From the NCBI GenBank assembly GCA_032298335.1, contig GCA_032298335.1_4702.1: a DNA stretch of 43,865 nt; one strand, given 5' to 3'. Origin of the DNA: a phage. The notes beneath the pieces are model-generated. The model did not search any database. It saw only the letters and a program-made list of their open reading frames with translations, and was not told where the DNA came from. A program made the translations under genes and the position numbers. Shown here one piece after another: positions 24,877 through 35,376 of the stretch. The stretch's first letter is position 1. Each line of letters begins with the position of its first letter.

Positions 24877-27278
24877 TGGAAGTACAAGGTTCATTAGGTA
24901 GACAAATCCAAGGGATTAGCCAGCAGCCGCCAGCGGTACGCTTGGATGGTCAGTGCACAGCTATGGTTAATATGATACCTGATGTAGTGAATGGTACTCA
25001 ATCACGCATGGGTACAACTCATATTGCAAAGATACTTGATGCTGGGACTGATGACATGGCTATTCATCATTATCGCAGAGGTGATGGTGATGAAGAGTAT
25101 TTCTTCACGTTGAAGAAAGGACAAGTTCCTGAGATATTTGATAAGTATGGGCGCAAATGTAATGTGACTTCACAAGATGCACCTATGACCTACCTCTCTG
25201 AGGTTGTTAATCCAAGGGAAGATGTACAATTCATGACGATAGCTGATGTTACTTTCATGCTTAATCGTAGGAAAGTAGTTAAAGCTAGTAACAGGAAGTC
25301 ACCTAAAGTTGGAAACAAAGCCATTGTGTTTTGTGCGTATGGTCAATATGGTACATCTTATTCCATTGTAATTAATGGGACCAACGCTGCTAGTTTTAAA
25401 ACACCGGATGGTGGAAGTGCAGACCATGTTGAACAAATTCGAACTGAACGTATCACTTCTGAATTGTACTCTAAGTTGCAGCAATGGAGCGGTGTGAGTG
25501 ACTATGAAATACAAAGAGACGGTACTAGTATATTTATCGAGAGACGGGATGGTGCTAGCTTTACAATAACAACCACCGATGGTGCAAAAGGTAAGGACTT
25601 AGTGGCTATCAAGAATAAAGTTAGCTCTACTGACCTACTCCCTTCTCGTGCGCCTGCTGGTTATAAAGTACAAGTGTGGCCTACTGGCAGCAAACCTGAG
25701 TCTCGTTACTGGCTGCAAGCTGAGCCTAAAGAGGGAAACCTTGTGTCTTGGAAAGAAACAATAGCTGCTGATGTATTACTTGGGTTTGATAAAGGCACAA
25801 TGCCTTACATTATTGAACGTACAGATATCATCAACGGCATAGCTCAATTCAAGATAAGACAAGGTGATTGGGAAGATCGTAAAGTAGGGGATGACTTGAC
25901 TAACCCTATGCCCTCTTTTATTGATGAGGAGGTACCCCAGACAATAGGTGGAATGTTCATGGTGCAGAACCGCCTATGCTTTACAGCAGGTGAAGCGGTT
26001 ATTGCTTCTCGTACATCATACTTCTTCGATTTCTTTCGTTATACGGTTATCTCTGCATTGGCAACTGACCCATTTGATATTTTCTCAGATGCTAGTGAAG
26101 TCTACCAGCTAAAAAATGCAGTGACCTTAGATGGCGCTACCGTGTTGTTCTCTGATAAGTCACAATTCATACTGCCAGGCGATAAGCCTTTAGAGAAGTC
26201 AAATGCACTGCTTAAGCCTGTTACAACATTTGAAGTGAACAATAAAGTGAAGCCAGTAGTAACTGGTGAATCGGTAATGTTTGCCACTAATGATGGTTCT
26301 TACTCTGGTGTACGAGAGTTCTATACAGACTCTTATAGTGACACTAAGAAGGCACAAGCAATCACAAGTCATGTGAATAAACTCATCGAAGGTAACATTA
26401 CCAACATGGCAGCAAGCACCAATGTCAACAGGTTACTTGTCACTACCGATAAGTATCGTAACATAATCTACTGCTACGATTGGTTATGGCAAGGAACAGA
26501 CCGTGTACAATCAGCATGGCATGTATGGAAGTGGCCTATAGGTACAAAGGTGCGAGGTATGTTTTATTCTGGTGAATTACTTTACCTGCTCCTTGAGCGA
26601 GGAGATGGCGTATATCTGGAGAGGATGGACATGGGTGATGCACTAACCTACGGTTTGAATGACCGCATCAGAATGGATAGGCAAGCAGAGTTAGTCTTCA
26701 AGTATTTTAAAGCAGAAGATGAATGGGTATCTGAACCGCTCCCTTGGACTCCTACTAACCCAGAACTTTTAGATTGCATCTTAATCGAGGGTTGGGATTC
26801 ATATATTGGTGGCTCTTTCTTATTCAAGTACAACCCTAGTGACAATACTTTGTCTACAACCTTTGATATGTATGATGACAGTCATGTAAAAGCGAAGGTT
26901 ATTGTTGGTCAGATTTACCCTCAAGAGTTTGAACCTACGCCTGTGGTTATCAGAGACAATCAAGACCGTGTATCCTACATTGATGTACCAGTTGTAGGAT
27001 TGGTTCACCTTAATCTTGACATGTACCCCGATTTCTCCGTAGAAGTTAAGAATGTGAAGAGTGGTAAAGTACGTAGAGTATTAGCGTCAAACCGTATAGG
27101 TGGTGCTCTCAATAATACAGTAGGCTATGTTGAACCGAGAGAAGGTGTCTTCAGATTTCCACTGAGAGCTAAGAGCACGGATGTTGTTTATCGTATTATT
27201 GTAGAGTCACCTCACACATTCCAGCTTCGTGATATTGAGTGGGAAGGGAGCTACAATCCAACCAAAAGGAGGGTCTAA
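24876..27278 (+). CDS. Tail tubular protein B (gp12-like)
   Basis: 800 aa ORF translationally coupled (TAATG) to the tail tube A gene; size and position match T7 gp12. Confidence 0.8.
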   Translation: MEVQGSLGRQIQGISQQPPAVRLDGQCTAMVNMIPDVVNGTQSRMGTTHIAKILDAGTDDMAIHHYRRGDGDEEYFFTLKKGQVPEIFDKYGRKCNVTSQDAPMTYLSEVVNPREDVQFMTIADVTFMLNRRKVVKASNRKSPKVGNKAIVFCAYGQYGTSYSIVINGTNAASFKTPDGGSADHVEQIRTERITSELYSKLQQWSGVSDYEIQRDGTSIFIERRDGASFTITTTDGAKGKDLVAIKNKVSSTDLLPSRAPAGYKVQVWPTGSKPESRYWLQAEPKEGNLVSWKETIAADVLLGFDKGTMPYIIERTDIINGIAQFKIRQGDWEDRKVGDDLTNPMPSFIDEEVPQTIGGMFMVQNRLCFTAGEAVIASRTSYFFDFFRYTVISALATDPFDIFSDASEVYQLKNAVTLDGATVLFSDKSQFILPGDKPLEKSNALLKPVTTFEVNNKVKPVVTGESVMFATNDGSYSGVREFYTDSYSDTKKAQAITSHVNKLIEGNITNMAASTNVNRLLVTTDKYRNIIYCYDWLWQGTDRVQSAWHVWKWPIGTKVRGMFYSGELLYLLLERGDGVYLERMDMGDALTYGLNDRIRMDRQAELVFKYFKAEDEWVSEPLPWTPTNPELLDCILIEGWDSYIGGSFLFKYNPSDNTLSTTFDMYDDSHVKAKVIVGQIYPQEFEPTPVVIRDNQDRVSYIDVPVVGLVHLNLDMYPDFSVEVKNVKSGKVRRVLASNRIGGALNNTVGYVEPREGVFRFPLRAKSTDVVYRIIVESPHTFQLRDIEWEGSYNPTKRRV

Positions 27279-28000
27279 TGGCTATAGGTTCAGCCGTTAT
27301 GGCTGGTATGTCTTCTATTGGTAGCATGTTTGCAGGCAGTGGTGCAGCAGCCGCTGCTGGAGGTGCTGCCGCAGGTGGCGGAGGCTTGCTAGGTTCTCTA
27401 GGTGGCTTCCTAAGCGGCTCTACTGCTGGCTTCTCTAATGCTGGGCTTCTTGGTGCTGGCCTTCAAGGTTTAGGCTTGATTGGTGATCTCTTTGGTGGAA
27501 GTGATGAAGCCAAGGCAATGAAGAAAGCACAAGAAGAACAGTGGCGGCAGCAACTTATTGCTACACAAGAAGCATACAAAACAGTAGCAGATGCAGAGCG
27601 TTCTGCTGCTAAACAATATCATGCAGATGCAATAAGCAATCAGGCTTCACTACTACAGCAGCGAGCACAGGTTGCATTACTAGCAGGTGCTACTGGTACT
27701 GGTGGTAACTCTGTAACTTCTATGCTGAATGACTTAGCAGCAGAGGGCGGGAGGAACCAGAGTACAATTATTGATAACTATGAGAATCAGAAGATTAACT
27801 TCACCAATCAGCTTAAGTCTATCCAGCGAGGTGGACAGATGCAGATGCGTGAGTTTAAGAAGCCTTCTGCCGTGAGCACCTTGGTGCAAGGTATACCGAG
27901 TCTGGCATCTGCCTATGTAACAGGTAGTAAGTCCGGCATGGCTTTAGGTAAAGCTTTAACTGATTCTCGTACATATTCATCTGGAACAAGAGGTATTTAA
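27278..28000 (+). CDS. Internal virion protein, Gly/Ala-rich
   Basis: Low-complexity N-terminal region; translationally coupled within the tail/core module. Confidence 0.7.
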   Translation: MAIGSAVMAGMSSIGSMFAGSGAAAAAGGAAAGGGGLLGSLGGFLSGSTAGFSNAGLLGAGLQGLGLIGDLFGGSDEAKAMKKAQEEQWRQQLIATQEAYKTVADAERSAAKQYHADAISNQASLLQQRAQVALLAGATGTGGNSVTSMLNDLAAEGGRNQSTIIDNYENQKINFTNQLKSIQRGGQMQMREFKKPSAVSTLVQGIPSLASAYVTGSKSGMALGKALTDSRTYSSGTRGI

Positions 28001-30948
28001 TGGCAATTGAGCGACAAGCAGTACAAGGTCTGCCACAAGTGCAGGCCACTTCTCCTAATGTCATGACCTTTGCACCTCAGCGAGTTGGAGGTGTGGAGGC
28101 TGGTGTAGCTTCTACCTCCGGTAGTCGATTTATCGAAGACCTTATTCGAGCAGCCAGTAGTGTAGCTGATGTAACCACTGGTATCCTTAATCAAAAGATT
28201 GAGGAAGATAAGGTTGTTCAAATGGAACGGGCATATAACGGATTAATGCCTTCTGAGGATGCAACTCGTGGTGGCGCTCGTGCTAACATGCTTGTCAAAG
28301 CTCAACTGCTAGCTAATGATGAAGCAGCACGAATGAAAGACATGGCTACTCGTTTCCAAGGGACGGATGACGAGTGGACACAACTTATGGTTGACTCTCG
28401 TAATGAGATGCAGAATAAGCTGTTCCAGCAATACCCTGAGTTGCAAGGTGACAAAGATACTATGCGTATGGTCACTAATGTCTTCCAAGAACAGCAGCCT
28501 CAGATTTGGGCGACACGAACCCAGCATAAACTTGACCGTGAACAAGCAGACCGTGAGGATACCTTTGACGGGCGAGTGGCTTCTACTTGGGATTCTAATA
28601 TTGACCCTGAAGCATCTGGCTATGCTTTACAGGAACGAATCCGCGAAGGTCTTACTCAAGGATTACTACCTGAACAGATGCACAAGAAGTTAGTCCAGCG
28701 AGCAATTTCACTTGCACAAGGCGGTGATGTTAGCATGGCTGAAGCCCTGAAGTATGTGAAGGACGATAAGGGTGTTTCTGTTTATGCTAAGAATCCACAG
28801 CTTATCACAGCCATCACTAGTGGTAATGCAGTTTGGGCTAGGAATAATGTAGCTGATGTAACTCGTATGTCTTTCGAAGTTAAAGAATCATACCTTGCAG
28901 GTGATTTAACTGATGAAGAATTGTTGGAACGAGCACAGCACATTAATAATCTGACAGGTAACTATGTCTTCTCTAATCCAGAACTAGAGGCACTGATGCG
29001 CCAACGGGCTAAGCAGAATGCAGAGCTAGGTGCAATGCAGGATATGCGACGTGAGCTTTACTCCGACCGCCTGACTGGCTTCCAAGGTAAGACTGATAAA
29101 GAGAAGAAGGCTTACATTGATGTTATCAAACAGGATAGCCAACTTTATGCAGACCAGCAAATCAAACAACGTGGCTTGGATCCTTACAGTCAAGAGGCTG
29201 AAGCTATTCGTGGTGCAGTGGAAGTGCAGCGTCTGCAATTCATGAACTCCAAAGGCTTAGTGGATGACACCTTTGAGTCTCGTATCAAAGCCATGGAATC
29301 TATGCTATCGCCTGAGCACTTTGCCAAGGGCGAACCACAGGAGTTGATGACTATTCGCCAGTTGTGGGAACAGTTGCCAGAAGAGAGCCGAGGTGTCTTT
29401 GGTGACACGGTTAATGGCTACATGGATAACTACAACACTGCACTACAAATGGGAGAGACACCTTTGCAGGCTGCAAGGTTTGCGCGTGAAGCACAGCAGA
29501 AATTCTCTCGTACTGAGAAGGAAACCAAGAAGTTCAACTCAGCTATTGGAGATGCACTGGATGAGGTGTCTGGTGCTGGCTGGTTTGATGGTAAAACCGA
29601 AGTGTCAGACTTAGGTAAAGCTATTGCGGAAGAAGAGTTACGAGCTAAGGCCAATATGTTGTGGTCTAGCGGTATGCGTAACATGGATTCTATCAAGAAG
29701 GCTTTAATTACTTGGGGCAACAAACGCTACACTCAATCAGAGGATGCAAAGACTTCCGGTGGCTATTTCATTAAAGGTGATTACACTTCTGCATCTGATA
29801 TGCTTATGTCAGTTGGGAAAGGTGTAAACCCTACCGATGTCCCTCTGGCGCTTGGTAGGTATGTAGAAACACAGATGCCAGAATTGAAGAAGGAGCTTCA
29901 AGAGTGGGAAACTAAGGATGATGTGTACATTGATTACAATGAACAGAAAGGAACTTTTGTGATTCGTGCTGGTGCAGCAGGTCGCCCTCTTTCTGGAGTA
30001 ATCCCTGTAACTTCTTTGGATACCACTTCACTACTGGATTCTGCCTATCAGAAGAAAGTAGAAGAACGAAATAAAGGCGAGTATGTTCACCCTTATCGTA
30101 CAGATATTGGTGCACAAGAGCCTATGCCAGCTAAACCAACTGCCAAAGATATTGGTAAATTTGGACTAGCTAACTTCCTCATGTCTTCTGCTTTTGCTTC
30201 TGGTGAGAATCTACCTTCTAATTTCGAGATTAACTATCGAGGTAATATGCAACAATTCTATGACAAGCTAGCTATGGATGAGAATAAAGATAAAGTTGGC
30301 TTTAATAAGGCAACTGGAACCTTTACTCCATATAAAGACGCTCACGGCGAGTCTATCGGTTACGGTCATTTCTTAACGGAAGAAGAGAAGCGAAACGGGT
30401 ATATTAAGATTGGCGATGAACTAGTTCCCTATCGAGGATCTATGTCTCAGCTTACAGAGAGTAAGGCTCGCGCTCTTATGGAGCAAGATGCTAAGAAGCA
30501 TGTGCCTTCTACTCGTGACTGGAAGATTCCGTTTGACCAGATGCATCCTGCACAGCAACGTGGCTTGATGGATTTAACCTACAATTTAGGTAAAGGTGGA
30601 ATCCAGAACTCACCGCGTGCTCTTGCTGCATTCAAAGCTGGTAAGCTTACGGAAGGCTTTATCGAAATGCTGGGCACTGCATCAAGTGAAGGTAAACGTA
30701 TTCCGGGCCTACTGAAGCGACGCGCTGAGGCATACAATATGGCAGCTGCTGGTGGTGTACCTAAGATCACAGAAGTGGAGACGAGGGAAGATGGCTCTAT
30801 GTGGGTTAAGTTTGGTGGACCTATGCCAGCAGGCTCTGTTTCTGCGTGGACGCATAAACGTATTGGAGCCGATGGCTGGTATCAGGTTTATGAGGCTGCA
30901 CCTACCAAGTTAGCTAAAGACTCTAAGGTAGGTAAAGTTAAATTGTAG
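28000..30948 (+). CDS. Internal virion (core) protein with C-terminal lysozyme-like domain
   Basis: 982 aa; the C-terminal region (about nt 30250-30750) contains YKDAHGESIGYGHFL and downstream blocks resembling T4 lysozyme YKDTEGYYTIGIGHLL. Confidence 0.8.
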   Translation: MAIERQAVQGLPQVQATSPNVMTFAPQRVGGVEAGVASTSGSRFIEDLIRAASSVADVTTGILNQKIEEDKVVQMERAYNGLMPSEDATRGGARANMLVKAQLLANDEAARMKDMATRFQGTDDEWTQLMVDSRNEMQNKLFQQYPELQGDKDTMRMVTNVFQEQQPQIWATRTQHKLDREQADREDTFDGRVASTWDSNIDPEASGYALQERIREGLTQGLLPEQMHKKLVQRAISLAQGGDVSMAEALKYVKDDKGVSVYAKNPQLITAITSGNAVWARNNVADVTRMSFEVKESYLAGDLTDEELLERAQHINNLTGNYVFSNPELEALMRQRAKQNAELGAMQDMRRELYSDRLTGFQGKTDKEKKAYIDVIKQDSQLYADQQIKQRGLDPYSQEAEAIRGAVEVQRLQFMNSKGLVDDTFESRIKAMESMLSPEHFAKGEPQELMTIRQLWEQLPEESRGVFGDTVNGYMDNYNTALQMGETPLQAARFAREAQQKFSRTEKETKKFNSAIGDALDEVSGAGWFDGKTEVSDLGKAIAEEELRAKANMLWSSGMRNMDSIKKALITWGNKRYTQSEDAKTSGGYFIKGDYTSASDMLMSVGKGVNPTDVPLALGRYVETQMPELKKELQEWETKDDVYIDYNEQKGTFVIRAGAAGRPLSGVIPVTSLDTTSLLDSAYQKKVEERNKGEYVHPYRTDIGAQEPMPAKPTAKDIGKFGLANFLMSSAFASGENLPSNFEINYRGNMQQFYDKLAMDENKDKVGFNKATGTFTPYKDAHGESIGYGHFLTEEEKRNGYIKIGDELVPYRGSMSQLTESKARALMEQDAKKHVPSTRDWKIPFDQMHPAQQRGLMDLTYNLGKGGIQNSPRALAAFKAGKLTEGFIEMLGTASSEGKRIPGLLKRRAEAYNMAAAGGVPKITEVETREDGSMWVKFGGPMPAGSVSAWTHKRIGADGWYQVYEAAPTKLAKDSKVGKVKL

Positions 30949-30965
30949 TACCTAACTCAAGGCTT

Positions 30966-30981
30966 GTCTCACATGTGAGAC
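30966..30981. repeat. 16-bp perfect palindrome GTCTCACATGTGAGAC (copy 5)
   Basis: Exact copy between the two large internal virion protein genes, followed by GGTCTTTA. Confidence 0.9.
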
Positions 30982-31012
30982 AGGTCTTTATGATAGGCAC
31001 TATGGAGGAACT

Positions 31013-34000
31013 ATGGAACAAGATATTAAGACTAATTGGGCTGGATATGTCCAGTCTACTCCTGAGCCGTTTTCTATTGAGGCGGCTCCGGTATCGGCTC
31101 CTACGATACGCCAGCGTAATGAGTTACAAGAGCAAGTTCTTGAATCTAAAGCTGATGCTGATATCTTAGGTGCTGTAGGTGCTGCCTTCCAGAATGAGTG
31201 GTTGGCATTCGGAGGCAAGCGGTGGTATGACCGTGCCACTGCTGATTTCACACCTCAACCAGACTTCGAGATACAACCTGAGCAACGTGAAGCACTACGT
31301 TTCAAATATGGTACAGATATGATGCAGACAATCACTGAGGGTGTTCGTTCTGAGGATGAATTGAACTTCCGTATTCAGAATGCTGATGAAGACCTTGAGC
31401 GCAATAAGCGCATTGCTCAGGCTGGCTGGGTTGGCTCTGTGGCGACGATTGGCGCTGCTGTGCTTGACCCTGTGGGATGGGTTGCCTCTATTCCAACCGG
31501 TGGTGCCGCTAAAGTTGGACTCGTAGGCCGTGCTGTGCGTGGCGCTATCGCCGCTGGCGTAAGTAATGCCGCTATTGAATCCGTATTGGTCCAAGGTGAC
31601 ATGACTCGTGATTTAGATGACATTATGGTAGCACTAGGCTCCGGTATGGCTATGGGTGGCGTTATTGGAGCTGTAGCGCGTGGTAGGGCCACTAAGCTCA
31701 GTGAGCAAGGAGATGACAGGGCTGCGAGCATTGTGCGCAGTGCAGACGCAGGGGACCGCTATGTGCGTGCTGTTGCTGATGATAGTATCGGTGCGATGCG
31801 TGTTAAGGGTGAAGAGGTACTCACTGAGGGTGCATTTGATATCTCTAGCAAAGGTGAAGATTTGCTGAAAACCCTACAGCGGGAAGGTAATGCAATTGAT
31901 ATGACCCCTCGCCGCTGGGCCGGAACTCTGTCTGCCCTTGGGACTGTCGTGCACTCCTCTCATGATGCTAGTGTTCGTGGCCTCGGTGCTCGCCTGTTTG
32001 AGTCTCCGCAAGGTTTAGGTATGCAAAAGGCATCTGCCAGTCTTATGCAGAATACCAACTTGAATCGACTGAAGTCTGCTGATATGAACCGTTTCAATGA
32101 CGGGTTTGACTTATGGCTCAAAGAAAATAATATCAATCCAGTTGCAGGCCATACTAACTCTCACTATGTGCAGCAATATAATGAGAAGGTATGGGAAGCT
32201 GTACGCATCGGTATGGATGAGTCTACGCCTAAGTCTATCCGTATGGCAGCAGAGGGGCAGCAAGCTATGTACCGAGAAGCTTTAGCTTTAAGGAAGCGCT
32301 CCGGTGAAGCTGGCTTTGAAAACATTAAAGCAGATAATAAGTATATGCCTGATATCTTTGACACTATGAAAGCTCGCCGTCAATTTGATAGGATAGGAAA
32401 GGATATAGATAAAGAAGATATCATTGAGTTATTCTCTCGTGCTTATCAGAACGGCGCTCGTAAAATTCCAAAAGAAGTAGCGGATGAAATTGCACGAGCA
32501 CAAGTAAACCGTGTTGTGGATGCCACTCTGACAGGACGTATGAGTTTCGAAAAGGCTATGTCTGGTCAGACTAAAGCCGAGTATGAAGCAATAATGCGCA
32601 AGGCAGGCTTCAGTGATGAAGAAATTGAAAAGATGGTAGAAGCTCTGGATAACAAAGAAACCAGAGATAACATCTCTAACCGAGCTAAAATGAGTTTAGG
32701 ACTAGATGTTACTCAAGAATACAATGGTATTCGTATGCGTGACTTCATGAATACCAACGTGGAAGAGCTAACAGATAACTATATGAAGGAGGCAGCAGGT
32801 GGCGCTGCATTGGCCCGTCAAGGATTCTCTACCTATCAGGCTGCACTTAATGCAATTGACCTTGTAGAGCGAAATGCACGAAACGCGGCTAAGGATAGCA
32901 AGGCTAGCTTAGCACTAGATGAAGAGATTCGTCAAATGCGAGAAGGGCTTCGCTTGATTATGGGTAAATCTATCGATGTAGACCCACAGGCTTTGTCTAC
33001 TAAAATGCTGCGACGTGGTCGTGACATTACAGGTGTACTTCGCTTAGGTCAGATGGGCTTCGCACAGCTAGGTGAACTTGCTAACTTCATGGGTGAGTTT
33101 GGTATTGCTGCAACCACTATAGCTTTAGGTAAGCAATTCCGCTTTACATCTAAGGCTTTGCGGAGCGGTGATGGCTTCTTTCGAGATAAGAACTTGGCAG
33201 AAGTAGAGAGAATGGTAGGTTACATTGGTGAGGATAACTGGCTAACAACCAAGGGTGCACGTCCAGATGAGTTTGGTGATGTAACCACAGTAAAAGGAAT
33301 GATGGCTCACTTTGACCAATCCATGAACTCAATACGTCGTGCTCAGACCAACCTATCACTTTTCCGCATGGCACAGGGTTCTCTGGAGCGAATGACCAAT
33401 AGGCAAATAGCTTTGTCTTTCATTGACCACCTTGAAGGCAAGAAGATTATTCCTCAGAAGAAACTGGAGGAACTTGGTCTTACTCAGGAGTTCATGACTA
33501 ATCTACAGAAGCACTATGATGCTAACTCTAAAGGCTCTGGCTTGCTTGGCTTTGATACAATGCCTTATGTCATGGGTGAAACTTTAGCTAATGCTATTCG
33601 TCGTAAGTCAGGTCTAATTATCCAACGTAACTTCATTGGTGATGAAGGTATCTGGATGAACAAAGCACTAGGTAAGACATTTGCACAGCTTAAGTCATTC
33701 TCTCTTGTATCTGGTGAGAAGCAATTTGGTCGAGGGATTCGCCACGATAAAATTGGTCTTGCTAAGAAGACAGCTTACGGGTTTGCTTTGGGTTCAATAG
33801 TGTATGCGGCAAAAGCCTATGTGAACTCTATTGGGCGAGAAGACCAAGATGAATATTTGGAAGAGAAGTTATCTCCTAAAGGGTTGGCCTTTGGTGCAAT
33901 GGGTATGATGAGTACAACTGCTGTATTTAGTCTAGGTGGAGATTTCTTAGGTGGCCTAGGTGTTCTACCTTCTGAGTTAGTACAATCCCGTTATGAGGCT

Positions 34001-34210
34001 GGCTTTCAGACTAAGGGTTTGATAGACCAAATACCACTAGTAGGTGTTGGTCAAGATGCATATCGTTTAGCAGATTCTATAACTAAATATGCAGAGGGTG
34101 ATGCAGAAGGTGTAGATGTGGCACGTAGGGTTTTACGCTTAGTGCCTCTAACTAATGTAATAGGAATCCAGAACGCATTGCGTTATGGCTTAGATGAACT
34201 GGAGGATTGA
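31013..34210 (+). CDS. Large internal virion (core/ejection) protein
   Basis: 1065 aa; position equivalent to T7 gp16; GGAGGA ribosome-binding site. Confidence 0.8.
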   Translation: MEQDIKTNWAGYVQSTPEPFSIEAAPVSAPTIRQRNELQEQVLESKADADILGAVGAAFQNEWLAFGGKRWYDRATADFTPQPDFEIQPEQREALRFKYGTDMMQTITEGVRSEDELNFRIQNADEDLERNKRIAQAGWVGSVATIGAAVLDPVGWVASIPTGGAAKVGLVGRAVRGAIAAGVSNAAIESVLVQGDMTRDLDDIMVALGSGMAMGGVIGAVARGRATKLSEQGDDRAASIVRSADAGDRYVRAVADDSIGAMRVKGEEVLTEGAFDISSKGEDLLKTLQREGNAIDMTPRRWAGTLSALGTVVHSSHDASVRGLGARLFESPQGLGMQKASASLMQNTNLNRLKSADMNRFNDGFDLWLKENNINPVAGHTNSHYVQQYNEKVWEAVRIGMDESTPKSIRMAAEGQQAMYREALALRKRSGEAGFENIKADNKYMPDIFDTMKARRQFDRIGKDIDKEDIIELFSRAYQNGARKIPKEVADEIARAQVNRVVDATLTGRMSFEKAMSGQTKAEYEAIMRKAGFSDEEIEKMVEALDNKETRDNISNRAKMSLGLDVTQEYNGIRMRDFMNTNVEELTDNYMKEAAGGAALARQGFSTYQAALNAIDLVERNARNAAKDSKASLALDEEIRQMREGLRLIMGKSIDVDPQALSTKMLRRGRDITGVLRLGQMGFAQLGELANFMGEFGIAATTIALGKQFRFTSKALRSGDGFFRDKNLAEVERMVGYIGEDNWLTTKGARPDEFGDVTTVKGMMAHFDQSMNSIRRAQTNLSLFRMAQGSLERMTNRQIALSFIDHLEGKKIIPQKKLEELGLTQEFMTNLQKHYDANSKGSGLLGFDTMPYVMGETLANAIRRKSGLIIQRNFIGDEGIWMNKALGKTFAQLKSFSLVSGEKQFGRGIRHDKIGLAKKTAYGFALGSIVYAAKAYVNSIGREDQDEYLEEKLSPKGLAFGAMGMMSTTAVFSLGGDFLGGLGVLPSELVQSRYEAGFQTKGLIDQIPLVGVGQDAYRLADSITKYAEGDAEGVDVARRVLRLVPLTNVIGIQNALRYGLDELED

Positions 34211-35172
34211 TGAGTTATACTTTCACAGAACATATAGCCAACGGTACGCAAGTAACCTATCCCTTTAGATTTGCTGGCAGGGATAAAGGCTATCTTCGTG
34301 CCTCAGATGTGATAGTGGAATCTCTTCAAGGTAACACTTGGATTGAGGTTACATCTGGCTGGCAACTAACTGGCATGCACCAGATTACTTTTGATGTAGC
34401 ACCAGTTGCAGGTTTGAAGTTCCGTATTCGAAGGGAAGTACAAAAGGAGTATCCATACGCTGAGTTTGACCGTGGTGTTACCTTGGATATGAAGTCTTTA
34501 AATGGTTCTTTCATTCATATACTGGAGATTACACAGGAGTTACTTGACGGGTTTTATCCAGAAGGATACTTCATTAAACAGAATGTAAGCTGGGGCGGCA
34601 ATAAGATTACTGATTTGGCTGATGGCACAAATCCTGGAGATGCAGTAAATAAAGGGCAGCTTGATGCCATCGACAAGAAGCATACAGATTGGAACGCCAA
34701 ACAGGACATTGAGATTGCTGGCCTTAAGGTTGGTATGACTTCTGGTATTGCGCACAGAACTGTTCCTTGGTACACGATAGCCAAAGGTGGTGAGATTTCC
34801 GTAAAACCACCTTATGAATTTCAAGATGCACTAGTTTTCCTTAATGGGGTATTGCAGCACCAAATTGTAGGCGCATACTCTATAAGCAACAACACTATCA
34901 CTTTCGCAGAGCCGCTTGTGGCGGGTACAGAGGTGTATGTGCTGATTGGTAGTCGTGTGGCTACATCTGAACCTAATATTCAGTTAGAGTTGAACTTTGA
35001 CTTAGTAGAAGGCCAACAAGTAGTACAGATTGGCTCTGCATTTAAGTACATTGAGGTCTACCTTGATGGATTATTACAACCTAAACTTGCTTATCAGGTA
35101 GACGGTGACATTGTTACTTTCTCAGAGGGAGTGCCAGAATGCCGGATGACTGCTAAGATTATCACAGCATAA
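34210..35172 (+). CDS. Tail-fibre adaptor protein (T7 gp17 N-terminal-domain-like)
   Basis: 320 aa; tail-attachment-domain-like N-terminus; sits directly after the core proteins, while the actual tailspikes are at the right end. Confidence 0.75.
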   Translation: MSYTFTEHIANGTQVTYPFRFAGRDKGYLRASDVIVESLQGNTWIEVTSGWQLTGMHQITFDVAPVAGLKFRIRREVQKEYPYAEFDRGVTLDMKSLNGSFIHILEITQELLDGFYPEGYFIKQNVSWGGNKITDLADGTNPGDAVNKGQLDAIDKKHTDWNAKQDIEIAGLKVGMTSGIAHRTVPWYTIAKGGEISVKPPYEFQDALVFLNGVLQHQIVGAYSISNNTITFAEPLVAGTEVYVLIGSRVATSEPNIQLELNFDLVEGQQVVQIGSAFKYIEVYLDGLLQPKLAYQVDGDIVTFSEGVPECRMTAKIITA

Positions 35173-35181
35173 GGAGGTGGG

Positions 35182-35376
35182 ATGATTAACTCAGAACCGG
35201 TAGATAGTGGTGTGAAGCTTGCGCCACCTGCATTAGTCTCAGGTGGGTACTTCCTCGGTATCAGTTGGAATGATTGGGTTCTTATAGCTACATTCATTTA
35301 TACTGTATTACAAATTGGCGATTGGTTTTATGTAAAATACAAAGCTAGGAGAGATAAGCGTGAGCGTACACAATAA
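35182..35376 (+). CDS. Holin (T7 gp17.5-like)
   Basis: 64 aa; LGISWNDWVLIATFIYTVLQIG parallels T7 holin FGLSLNEWFYVAAIAYTVVQIG; one transmembrane segment and a basic C-terminus. Confidence 0.7.
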   Translation: MINSEPVDSGVKLAPPALVSGGYFLGISWNDWVLIATFIYTVLQIGDWFYVKYKARRDKRERTQ

